From: an uncultured Bacilli bacterium
GTDB taxonomy: Bacteria > Bacillota_I > Bacilli_A > RF39 > UBA660
Direction: 5' to 3'
Assembly (NCBI GenBank): GCA_934168275.1
Contig: CAKPNA010000003.1
Span: 47,732-111,731, forward strand
DNA: 64,000 bases
A program made the translations under genes and the position numbers. Positions within the stretch are counted from its first letter, which is position 1, and the number at the start of each line of letters is the position of its first letter. Below, in pieces: positions 21,801 through 31,670 of the stretch. The notes beneath the pieces are model-generated. The model saw only the letters and a program-made list of their open reading frames with translations, made no database searches and was not told the DNA's origin.

Positions 21801-21965
21801 GATAAAATAAAAATAATAGATTATAAACTAAAAAATACTACTGATAAAGCTTATTTAGAACAATTAAAAGTATATAAAGAATATATAAGTAGTAAACTAA
21901 ATAAACCAGTAAGTACTTATCTATATTCAATTATTGATGAAAAATTAGTACCTATTGCAGTATAA
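18876..21965 (+). CDS. addA: ATP-dependent helicase/nuclease AddAB, subunit A (UvrD/PcrA-like helicase plus C-terminal nuclease)
   Basis: Walker A AGAGSGKT, VDEYQDT motif II, C-terminal GIIDLLLEY...IIDYK nuclease motif. ATG 18876 follows GGAGG. The ORF track starts at GTG 18867. Confidence 0.9.
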   Translation: MPSWTKEQLQAINEEGQNIIVSAGAGSGKTAVLSERVLRKLKQGIDINRLLVLTFTNEAAGEMKNRIRKKIKQEPSLKKQLDYLDASYITTFDSYAGSIVKKYHYLLNIPKNITIIDNGLLELQKDTLLDSIFESLYQKQDNDFTNLINNFCTKDDKEIKNAIKKINNSLNLRLDKDEYLDNYKLDIPKYLKQYNELLQHKLLELENVLYRLSYSSDSTFYENMSIALEPLLKSSSYDEIANNFALVSLPRIPKDSEDDIKKLKDEISKILKEFETLCRFSNEKEIEESVKQTENYIRIIIKIIKEYDSQIMEFKRNNNAYEFTDIALFAIKIVKDNEEIRKELQNYYNEILVDEYQDTSDLQEAFINLIENNNVYMVGDIKQSIYRFRNANPTIFKNKYDKYANADGGLKIDLLKNFRSRSEVLNNINEIFNLIMDNTLGGAQYSESHQMVFGNTTYNEQGLTNQNNNLEIYNYHLEDKTYSKEEVEAFIIANDIKNKIDNHYQIFDKDTLEVKDITYSDICIIMDRGSSFPLYKKIFEYLHIPLSIYQDEKLTTETDIILIKNIINFILKIKEKKYDTEFKYYYTSIARSYLFGCSDSEIFKTFTNKDFYHTEIFKLSKEIADNLEELTNIELLNNIINKFNIYEKTILVGDIERSMYRIQNLQNIAMNLDNLGYNPYLFGEYLKEMTNGNNEIRYSLNTKSGNNVKIMNIHKSKGLEFNICYFSGFHKEFNKEDTKDRFIYDSSLEIITPYYNEGIGSTILKDLFKDKYKQEDISERIRLFYVALTRCKEKMIMVCSLDEEKNIVEDIVDTSIRSKYKSFLDIINSIKTKIPNYIKSINLDDINLSKDYNIVLSNNYQDKIEQDNTIINTKEISIDQVEEQKQRASKISNKLISKEEAKNMEYGTYMHYIFETVDFNNPILDIEPFYLDKINKFISAVGDIKEAQVYKEYEFIYTKDNKEYHGIIDLLLEYDDKIKIIDYKLKNTTDKAYLEQLKVYKEYISSKLNKPVSTYLYSIIDEKLVPIAV

Positions 21966-21982
21966 ATATAAATATTATATAA

Positions 21983-23995
<2,013 letters not shown>

Positions 23996-24003
23996 GTGAA
24001 ACA

Positions 24004-24288
24004 GTGAATAGTATTGAAATAAATATAACTAATCTAAATAGTGAACAAAATATCAATATTGATATTACAAAAATGCAAATAAATATTAATGGTAAAGTTA
24101 AAACAATAACAGAAGAACAAATAAATAGTTTACTAAGAATAATAAGAACTTGGTCAAATAATAATAGTACTAAAATATTAGATGACCAAAAGTTTAATAT
24201 AATAATTGATAACAAAGAAGTAATTACCGGCAGTACTATGCTTCAAGATAATTACATTGAATTAGAAAGTTGGATTAATGAATTATGA
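24004..24288 (+). CDS. Small hypothetical protein
   Basis: 94 aa, GTG start after AGGTGA. Its stop overlaps the next start (ATGA). No motif recognised. Confidence 0.5.
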   Translation: MNSIEINITNLNSEQNINIDITKMQININGKVKTITEEQINSLLRIIRTWSNNNSTKILDDQKFNIIIDNKEVITGSTMLQDNYIELESWINEL

Positions 24289-24896
24289 TTACCGAAACTA
24301 TATCTCAAAGATTTAATGCCTCTATAATAATAAGAGAAAAGCTTCCCCAAATAATTGAAGCATTTGTTAGCTTCTATGGTGAAGAAGAACGAGACTATAT
24401 TGAAGACAAGTTTAAAAAAGTGTTTATAGTAAGCTATGGCAGTCCTAAAAGTTATGAAAGAATAATTGAGAAAAATGACAAAAAAGTAAAAGACTATTTA
24501 GAAGAAAAGTTATTAGCAGATTTAAAAATTCCGAGAAACTTAAAGCATAGATTTTTAGAATCTTTATTTGGAGAGCATGAAATATTTGATAATGAAGCCC
24601 CAATTGAAGAATATATTAAATATTTAAATAATGATATTAGTGAGATATCATATCCTAAAATAAAAAATTTATTAAATTACTTTGGGAAAAATACTAATGC
24701 TGATGTTTTAATTAAACATATAAAAAAAGGTGGATATGAAGAATTAAATAAAGTCATTGAGGTATATAAAAAAATAAAAGAAGAATATCATAAATACCTT
24801 GAATCAACAAAAGTATATCGTGATTATATTGTAAGATGCCAAGATTTATATAGTAAATTAGAAACCAAATATCTAAAAAATACATTGACGAAATAA
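24285..24896 (+). CDS. Hypothetical protein, N-terminal part of a frameshift-split ORF
   Basis: 203 aa ORF. The reading frame of the next ORF is already open from 24857, and one extra A in the A6 run at 24875-24880 fuses the two (see findings). Confidence 0.6.
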   Translation: MITETISQRFNASIIIREKLPQIIEAFVSFYGEEERDYIEDKFKKVFIVSYGSPKSYERIIEKNDKKVKDYLEEKLLADLKIPRNLKHRFLESLFGEHEIFDNEAPIEEYIKYLNNDISEISYPKIKNLLNYFGKNTNADVLIKHIKKGGYEELNKVIEVYKKIKEEYHKYLESTKVYRDYIVRCQDLYSKLETKYLKNTLTK

Positions 24897-24952
24897 AAGA
24901 TGTTTTTACTAAAGAAGAATTTCAAGAACTAGAAAATTTTCTAAATAAAAAA

Positions 24953-26053
24953 ATGTTATACGATGATTTAACTCCAAGAATTAAAAACTTTATCGGAACT
25001 AATCCATTAAATTCTCCACCATTAGTTGAATCATTTAGCGGTGAAAATGAAATTATAATTCAGAAAGATGACTCATGGCAAAAACGAAGTATTATCCAAG
25101 ATAGAATTACATATTTTAAAAATTTAGGTATAAATCTTGGTGAAAATTACCAAAGATACCAAATGAATAAAGAAGCCAAATCTGCTATTCCAACCGAAGA
25201 AATTGTAAACCATTTAAAGACTAGTCGTGAAAGTATAAGAAACGATTTAATGACTGAGTACTACGAAAGTTTACCTGAATATGCCAAATATCGTCAAGAA
25301 ATAACTAATCTAAACCTACTAGATAGAGAAGATAATTTCAATGCCCGATCATATCATCAAAATTCAACATTCACTTGTCCTAATTTAACACATGATGGCA
25401 CTAACTATCACTTAAAACAATTATTATTTATATCAATGGGAAGCCGTGAAGAGTATTTAGATAATAGTCTAATTCATGAATTTAATCATCTTTATGAAAC
25501 TGTTCTTAAAGAAGTTACCTCAAGTAATTACTCATGTATCAGTGGATGGGATGTTTTAGAAGGGAAAATAAACCAAAGCAGTGATTCATCTAAACCTATT
25601 GACCATAAAAGAGGCTTTCGTTCTTATGAATTATTTAATGAAATAATCAACGAATTACTATCTCAAGAAATATGTACAGGTATGCATCAAAATTCAGCTT
25701 ATATATTAAATAATCCTAAAGAAGCCAAAGTTGCAGGTGGTACTACCTACGAACTAGCATTATTCTTAGTAAATGATTTTTATCAAAAGTATAAAAAAGC
25801 AATAATAGCTAGTCGTAAAAATGGTAATATTAATATTATATATAATGAAGTAGGAAGAGAAAATTTTGAAGCCTTAAATTCCCTAATTGTAAAATTTAAA
25901 AGTAAATTTAATCGCACAAAATATGAATATACCAAAACATATATGGAAATGGGATGGGAAACAGAAGACACTAAAGAACTAAAAAGAATAATCGAAATTC
26001 GAGATAATATTTTAGAAAATATGAAAAAATATCAAGCAAGAATGACAAAATAA
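24953..26053 (+). CDS. Hypothetical protein with an HExxH (putative zinc-metallopeptidase) motif, C-terminal part of a frameshift-split ORF
   Basis: 366 aa from the first ATG. Contains SLIHEFNHLYE (H-E-x-x-H). The frame is open upstream to 24857. Confidence 0.6.
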   Translation: MLYDDLTPRIKNFIGTNPLNSPPLVESFSGENEIIIQKDDSWQKRSIIQDRITYFKNLGINLGENYQRYQMNKEAKSAIPTEEIVNHLKTSRESIRNDLMTEYYESLPEYAKYRQEITNLNLLDREDNFNARSYHQNSTFTCPNLTHDGTNYHLKQLLFISMGSREEYLDNSLIHEFNHLYETVLKEVTSSNYSCISGWDVLEGKINQSSDSSKPIDHKRGFRSYELFNEIINELLSQEICTGMHQNSAYILNNPKEAKVAGGTTYELALFLVNDFYQKYKKAIIASRKNGNINIIYNEVGRENFEALNSLIVKFKSKFNRTKYEYTKTYMEMGWETEDTKELKRIIEIRDNILENMKKYQARMTK

Positions 26054-26063
26054 CAAAAAACTA

Positions 26064-26092
26064 TTGTCAAACTAGAAAAAGTATGCTACAAT
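26064..26092 (+). promoter_or_regulatory. Extended -10 sigma-A promoter for tRNA-Met
   Basis: TTGTCA (26064-26069), 17-nt spacer, TGcTACAAT (-10 at 26087-26092). Confidence 0.65.
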
Positions 26093-26111
26093 TATATTGC
26101 TTACTTTTCAT

Positions 26112-26188
26112 GGCGATGTAGCTCAGTTGGCTAGAGCGATCGGTTCATACCCGATAGGTCGTGGGTTCGACCCCCTCCGTCGCTACCA
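26112..26188 (+). tRNA. tRNA with CAT anticodon, elongator tRNA-Met-like
   Basis: Hand-folded. Acceptor GGCGATG/CGTCGCT (two G-U pairs), D-arm GCTC-AGTTGGCTA-GAGC, anticodon arm ATCGG-TTCATAC-CCGAT, T-arm GTGGG-TTCGACC-CCCTC (one U-U mismatch), A-CCA encoded. Resembles the Bacillus elongator tRNA-Met as I recall it. A lysidine tRNA-Ile2 cannot be excluded by eye. Confidence 0.85.
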
Positions 26189-26200
26189 AGAGGAATTCTG

Positions 26201-26261
26201 CTCGAACTTTTATAGTTTCGAGTTTGATAAATAACTAATTCAGAAATGGATTAGTTTTTTT
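26201..26261 (+). terminator. Two tandem hairpin terminators after tRNA-Met
   Basis: ctcgaa...ttcgag+TTT (26201-26225) and aactaat...attagtt+T7 (26233-26261). Confidence 0.6.
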
Positions 26262-26480
26262 GTTATTAAAAACTATCCTAAAAGAAAGGATGGTATTATG
26301 GTAAATATTATTAAAGAAGAATTGCCTATTGAAGAATCATTAAGAAAGAAATTAGAACTGATATGTGAGTTTGCAAAAATAAAATAAAATTATATAATAA
26401 TGAATTAATGATGAGTCAGTAGTATTTAGACTTTACTAGATACTATTGTCTCTTCTTTTTTAGTAAAAGGAGTTGAAGTA

Positions 26481-26845
26481 ATGATAAGATATAAACTTTA
26501 ACTAATACATTAGTTAATGCAAACGAACAACTAAAAGATAAGAATAATAAGATTAAAACTCTTACTGAAAATAATGAAGCACTTGATTTAAGAGTTAAGA
26601 CTTTGAATGATACAATTAAAGAGAAAGACAATGAAATATCATTTTTAAAATCAAAAGTTCACGATTTGAAAAACACTCTTGAGTATTGGAAAAATAAGTT
26701 TGAAAAACTAATATCATTCTTACATGTTAAACTTCACAGTTGGTATGATAAAGATGATAAATATATTGATGTTGATAATGTTCTAGATGATGAAGACATC
26801 AAAGAATTGGATTTAAGCAAGGAAAAAGATGATTTTGAGAGATAA
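26481..26845 (+). pseudogene. Coiled-coil protein gene, frameshifted or truncated (relic of a mobile element?)
   Basis: A strong AAAGGAG RBS plus ATG 26481 gives only 6 codons before a stop. The frame containing ORF 26603-26845 is open from 26495 and reads LTNTLVNANEQLKDKNNKIKTLTENNEALDLRVKTLNDTIKEKDNEISFLKSKVHDLK... One extra base near the AAA at 26493-26495 joins them. Confidence 0.5.
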
Positions 26846-26857
26846 ATAAGATTAGTA

Positions 26858-26878
26858 TTTCTACAAAATGTAGAGAAA
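26858..26878 (+). promoter_or_regulatory. Inverted repeat (candidate operator) upstream of the HTH-CYTH operon
   Basis: tTTCTACAaaaTGTAGAgAa palindrome, about 20 nt upstream of an extended -10 (TGtTATAAT, 26895-26903). RBS AGGGAGG, ATG 26927. Confidence 0.4.
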
Positions 26879-26926
26879 AAAAGCATGGTAATTATGTTAT
26901 AATTTAATCGAGGGAGGAATTAAGGC

Positions 26927-27670
26927 ATGAATTATGGTGAAAGAATTAGTAAACTCCGACAAAGTAAAAACATTACTCAAAAAGAATTAGCTTCAAAACT
27001 ATATGTAACAGACAAAACTATTTCGAGCTGGGAATCAAATAGAACTGAACCTAGTTTAGAAATGATTATTAAGTTATCTGAAGTATTAGAATGTAGTGCT
27101 AGTTATTTATTATATGGCGATAATTTCAAAGACAACATTGAAATGGAAATTAAAATTAAATTAACCAAAGAAGAATATGAAAACTTGAACAAAATGATGA
27201 AATCAATAGGCAAATTTTTATTACAAAGTAATCAACAAGATATATATTATCAATCAGATTATTTAGGTGATGAGATTAATAAGTTACTAAGAATTAGATT
27301 GAGTGGTAATAAAAAAATATTAACTTACAAAACTTATAATAACAATATGTACTATGAAGAATATGAAGTTGAAATTGATAATAGTAATAATATGATGAAA
27401 ATATTTGATTTTATTGGTTTAAAGAAAATCACTGAGGTAAAAAAAGAAAGAATGATTTATTCTTATCAAGATAAATATGAAGTTTCTTTAGATAAAGTCG
27501 ATAATTTAGGATATTTTATTGAAATTGAAGTAAAGGGAACTATAAATGATTACTTTGAAGAATATGATAATCTGTTAAAGAACAGTAGAAATTTAGGGTT
27601 AAATCTAAATAATATAGAACAAAAAAGATATCCACAACTTATGATAAGCAAACAATTAATAGGAGGTTAA
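26927..27670 (+). CDS. XRE-family HTH domain fused to a CYTH (CyaB / triphosphate-tunnel metalloenzyme) domain
   Basis: 247 aa. N-terminal LRQSKNITQKELASKLYVTDKTISSWES (HTH_3). C-terminal EMEIKIKL (ExExK), LRIRLSG, YEVEID, KKERMIY, VSLDKVDNLGYFIEIEV are CYTH beta-barrel signatures. Confidence 0.8.
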   Translation: MNYGERISKLRQSKNITQKELASKLYVTDKTISSWESNRTEPSLEMIIKLSEVLECSASYLLYGDNFKDNIEMEIKIKLTKEEYENLNKMMKSIGKFLLQSNQQDIYYQSDYLGDEINKLLRIRLSGNKKILTYKTYNNNMYYEEYEVEIDNSNNMMKIFDFIGLKKITEVKKERMIYSYQDKYEVSLDKVDNLGYFIEIEVKGTINDYFEEYDNLLKNSRNLGLNLNNIEQKRYPQLMISKQLIGG

Positions 27671-27672
27671 AA

Positions 27673-29796
27673 ATGGCATTTATATATAGTAAAGATAAAA
27701 ATGATTCATTAGTAGTAGAGGACCCAATTTATGGGAAAATAGTTGTACCTTATCCTTTTTCTGATATAGTTTTAACAAAAGAAATGCAAAGACTATCAGG
27801 AATTTCTCAAAATGGCTTTTCACAATTAGAATTTAAAGAACTTGAGAATAACGATAGATTAAGTCATAGTGTTGGAGCTTTTTATGTAATGTCTTTATTT
27901 TTAAAAAGATTGGAAGAAATTTTGAAAAATTTTAATATAAAACTTAGTGAAGATGATAAAGATATTGCACTATGTTCTATGCTTTTACACGATATAGGAC
28001 ATGGCCCATTTTCTCATTCATTGGAACTAGTAACTAATTACTCACATGAGAAACGAACTACAGATATTTTACTTGGCGATACAGAAGTAAACAAAGTAAT
28101 AACAAATTTCTTTGGAAAGAAAAAAGTTAAAAAAATTGCTAGTTTTATAGCAGAAATTAATGATAGTCAAGAATTAGGAAAAGATAGTTTTACAAAATTA
28201 CTTAATAATTTAGTTTCCTATCAATTAGATGCAGATAGAATTGATTATTTGATTCGTGATGCACATTATGTTGGAATATCTTCTGCAATAGATTTAAAAA
28301 GAATTATTTCGAGTGTGAATGTAGTCGTAAATAACAATCAAGAATATGAATTACTAATTGATAGAAAAGGACTTGCAAGCATAGAAAATGTATTGTTACA
28401 AAGATATCAAATGTACAGAGATGTATATTTAAGTCCAGTTTCTGTTTTAGGTGATTATATCTATGAAAAAATAATTGAACGATATAGAAATACTATGAAA
28501 TTACACACTATGCCTGTTTCATCAAGTTTTAAAATATTGGCTACTGATTCAAGAGTAAATAATTTGAATGATTTTTTGAAAATGAAAGATGAAGATTTTA
28601 AGGTTTCTTTTAAATTATTATCTGATTCAAATTTAGATTCTATTATGGCTTACTTATGTAATTTTGATAATATAAAAGATTATATTTTAATAAAAAATGA
28701 TATTTCAATAAACAAAATTAAAACAAAATTAAGAGAGATATTTGGTGAAATTGATTTAGATAATACACTATCGATAATTAGTATTGGAACCAAAACAAAA
28801 CTATATAAAAAAGAACAAAAATTAAATATTCAAAATGGAAACAGAATTATGGATTTAACAGAATGTACTAATTTAATAAGACCACAAGAAATATTAGAAG
28901 ATACATATGTTTTCTTTAATCCTCAATTGTTGAGGTTGGAGCTTGGTTTAAGTGATATAGAATTTAGAAAATATGAAAGTGAGGTAAGAAAAATGATTGA
29001 GGAATTAAATAAAAAACCTGAAGAATTTGAACTAAAATATATTATTAACAAAAATCCTAATGAAGAAAAATCATTAGATCAAGAAACTTTGCTAAATCGA
29101 ATAATTTCAATATTTACATCTAATGGATTTAGAGTTGTTTCAGTAACAGAAAAAGAAAATAATGATGAATACTATGATACAAGAAATTTAGATTTATATA
29201 AAAATGGTGGTTCATTACGAATAAGAAAGATTGAACAAAAAGGTAAAGAAAAGATAAAAGCAACTTGCAAAATGCCACTAAAAAAAGGTGAAGTTTATTC
29301 ATCAAGAAGTGAAATTGAAGAAACTTTATCAGATGATAGTATTGAAACATTTATGCAAAAGATGGTTGATTCAGGGGTAACGGTTAATTTTGATGACATA
29401 TTAAAATTTCCTATTTTAAATTCTCGTACAAAAAGAAAAGATATTGTATTAGATAAAAATGGAGTTCAAGTATGTTTATCATTTGATAATAGTATATACA
29501 CTAATCATACATTAAATGAAATTTCTGCAACTGACAGGATGATTGAAATTGAAGCTATTGGAGAACTTAACAATAGAATTATACTTAATGAAATACATGA
29601 TTTTATAACATCTGCTTTTAGTAATTTAGAAGTTAATAAACAAAGCAAATATGAAAGAGGCATAAATCGTACATTACAATTACACAATTATTTAGAACAA
29701 CAACAATTTGCAGAGGAACAATCATCTTCACTTAATAATGGTTCAATTTCTGGTGCTGAAATCTTAATTAAAAGATTACAAAAACCTCAAAAATAA
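27673..29796 (+). CDS. SAMHD1/EF1143-like HD-domain (d)NTP triphosphohydrolase-family protein fused to a C-terminal CYTH domain
   Basis: 707 aa. HSVGAFYVM...LLHDIGHGPFSH...DADRIDYLIRDAHYVG (HD dNTPase-like core). From about aa 450: EFELKYII (ExExK), LRIRKIE, ATCKMP, RSEIEE, RMIEIEAIGE (CYTH). The start is 3 nt after the upstream stop, with a GGAGG inside the upstream gene's end. Confidence 0.8.
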   Translation: MAFIYSKDKNDSLVVEDPIYGKIVVPYPFSDIVLTKEMQRLSGISQNGFSQLEFKELENNDRLSHSVGAFYVMSLFLKRLEEILKNFNIKLSEDDKDIALCSMLLHDIGHGPFSHSLELVTNYSHEKRTTDILLGDTEVNKVITNFFGKKKVKKIASFIAEINDSQELGKDSFTKLLNNLVSYQLDADRIDYLIRDAHYVGISSAIDLKRIISSVNVVVNNNQEYELLIDRKGLASIENVLLQRYQMYRDVYLSPVSVLGDYIYEKIIERYRNTMKLHTMPVSSSFKILATDSRVNNLNDFLKMKDEDFKVSFKLLSDSNLDSIMAYLCNFDNIKDYILIKNDISINKIKTKLREIFGEIDLDNTLSIISIGTKTKLYKKEQKLNIQNGNRIMDLTECTNLIRPQEILEDTYVFFNPQLLRLELGLSDIEFRKYESEVRKMIEELNKKPEEFELKYIINKNPNEEKSLDQETLLNRIISIFTSNGFRVVSVTEKENNDEYYDTRNLDLYKNGGSLRIRKIEQKGKEKIKATCKMPLKKGEVYSSRSEIEETLSDDSIETFMQKMVDSGVTVNFDDILKFPILNSRTKRKDIVLDKNGVQVCLSFDNSIYTNHTLNEISATDRMIEIEAIGELNNRIILNEIHDFITSAFSNLEVNKQSKYERGINRTLQLHNYLEQQQFAEEQSSSLNNGSISGAEILIKRLQKPQK

Positions 29797-29806
29797 ATTA
29801 AAACTA

Positions 29807-29935
29807 TTGAAATAAATTATATATATGGTAAAATGTATTTAGTGATTAGTTGTTTATCAACTATTCCTAAAGTTTCGGATATACTATTTGTCCGTACCAT
29901 AATAAATATTAATAGATAGAAATATCTATTTTTTT
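29807..29935 (+). ncRNA. Candidate about 95-nt small RNA or leader with its own promoter and terminator
   Basis: TTGAAA (29807-12), 16-nt spacer, TGgTAAAAT (-10 at 29829-34). Internal stems (tagttg/caacta, cgga/tccg). Terminator atagata-GAAA-tatctat plus T-run (29912-29935). No ORF. The next gene has its own TGtTATAAT. Confidence 0.35.
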
Positions 29936-29975
29936 AATATTTATGTTATAATCATATAAAAAGAAGGCGATTAAC

Positions 29976-30473
29976 ATGGGCGGACTTAGTGTCATATTCT
30001 TAATGAGCATACTATCATTTATATTTCTTATCTATATATCTTTACTAGTAATAACAGTAATATATGCAATAATAAGTTATATATTTGAAAGTATGACTAT
30101 TACAACTATAAATAAAAATTTAAACCATAAGCACCCGTATACTGCATGGATACCATTCTATAACAAATACTTACTAGGCACTATTGCTGGGAACAAAGTG
30201 CTAGGTCACCTAACAGCCATCTTAAACTTTATTAACATGTCACTAACAGCATACTTCTACATCTACCAAAAACTAACTCTTATTCCATTTTGTATACTTC
30301 TAGTAAGTCTAATATTATCATTTATATTTAACACAATAATCTCTTACAAAATATATAAAAGTACCACAAATAAATATGGAGATATCTTAACCGTACTAAC
30401 TGTTCTATCACTAGGTTTCTTAAGACCTATAATACTATTTCTAATTAAAGATAAAATAACTATAAAAGAGTAA
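29976..30473 (+). CDS. Hypothetical polytopic membrane protein
   Basis: 165 aa with about 4 hydrophobic segments. AAGAAGG RBS. Confidence 0.6.
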   Translation: MGGLSVIFLMSILSFIFLIYISLLVITVIYAIISYIFESMTITTINKNLNHKHPYTAWIPFYNKYLLGTIAGNKVLGHLTAILNFINMSLTAYFYIYQKLTLIPFCILLVSLILSFIFNTIISYKIYKSTTNKYGDILTVLTVLSLGFLRPIILFLIKDKITIKE

Positions 30474-30475
30474 AA

Positions 30476-31021
30476 ATGAAATATATTGTATTACTAAGAG
30501 GAGTAAATATAAGTGGCAAAAATAAAGTGTCTATGCCTAAACTAAAACAATTACTAGAAGAAAATAGTTATCAAAACGTATCCACTTATCTTAATAGTGG
30601 TAATATTATTATTGAATCTAACATAAATAATAAAGAATTAATAATAGAAAACATATCTAAAATTATTGAATTTAACTTTAATATAAAAATACCAATCTAT
30701 ATCATGACAGTACCTGAACTAGAAGATATATTAAATAATAGTCCATCATGGTGGGGTACTACTAATAAAGAAATATATGATAACTTAATCTTTATAATAC
30801 CACCAACTACTTACGAAGAAGTCTATAATACAATAGGTAGCCCTAAAGAAAATGTTGATCAAATAGAAGAATATCATAACACTATATTTTGGTCATTTGT
30901 TCTAAAAGATTACCGTAAATCAACATGGTGGATTAAAACTGCCAGCACTAGTATAACTAACAAAATAACTATAAGAACCGCCAACACTATGAAAAAACTA
31001 TTACAATTATCCCAAAAGTAA
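30476..31021 (+). CDS. DUF1697-family protein
   Basis: 181 aa. The N-terminus MKYIVLLRGVNISGKNKVSMPKLKQLLEE matches the LLRGINVGGxxKxxM pattern I associate with DUF1697. Confidence 0.7.
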   Translation: MKYIVLLRGVNISGKNKVSMPKLKQLLEENSYQNVSTYLNSGNIIIESNINNKELIIENISKIIEFNFNIKIPIYIMTVPELEDILNNSPSWWGTTNKEIYDNLIFIIPPTTYEEVYNTIGSPKENVDQIEEYHNTIFWSFVLKDYRKSTWWIKTASTSITNKITIRTANTMKKLLQLSQK

Positions 31022-31098
31022 TAAATACACTACCATTTAATAAAAATATTTGCTATAATTAACTCAAGTAGTATAACTACCAAGAAAGGATGAAAATA

Positions 31099-31563
31099 AT
31101 GAAAAAGGTATTACCTAAACTTTTAGTACTAACTATTATTTTACTAACAATTACTGCTTGTGGAACTAAAGAACAAAAACAAACATATACTCTAAAAGAA
31201 ATCTTATCTAAAGTATATGCCCCAGTCGGAGAAGATTGCCCAAAAATGACTCAAACAAAATTAACAAAAGAAAACTTATCATATTATTTAGGACTAGATT
31301 CTCTTGATTTTGAAGAAGGAATAGCCTCTGAACCTGAAATGAGTTCTATAGCACACTCTGTAGTAGTAGTAAGAGTAAAAGATGGTGTTGATATTGAAAA
31401 GACTAAACAAGAAATTAAAGAAAAAGTAGATCCTGCTAAATGGATATGTGTACAAGCAAGCAGTGTCATTGTTGAAAGTAAAGACAATGTTATCATCTTA
31501 ATAATGTTAGACAATAACGACATAGCAACTAAAATGCAAGAAACTTTCAAGAATCTTGATTAA
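31099..31563 (+). CDS. Lipoprotein (DUF4358-like)
   Basis: Lipobox LLTITAC|G after a hydrophobic signal. ATG 31099 is 8 nt after AAAGGA. The ORF track starts at 31090. Confidence 0.7.
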   Translation: MKKVLPKLLVLTIILLTITACGTKEQKQTYTLKEILSKVYAPVGEDCPKMTQTKLTKENLSYYLGLDSLDFEEGIASEPEMSSIAHSVVVVRVKDGVDIEKTKQEIKEKVDPAKWICVQASSVIVESKDNVIILIMLDNNDIATKMQETFKNLD

Positions 31564-31670
31564 GACTAAAAGAAATTTTATATTTCTTTTTTTTCATGCC
31601 TTTATAATAAAAAGTTTACATTTAAAATAAATATTGTTATAATTGATATAGAGTAAAGAGGAGTGATAAC

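Noticed and set aside
26112-29975. Possibility that tRNA-Met is the attachment site of an intact integrated element.
   Set aside because: No integrase or recombinase gene lies in 26.2-29.9 kb, and I found no direct repeat of the tRNA 3' end. It can only be called a probable eroded island (reported as such), not a bounded mobile element.
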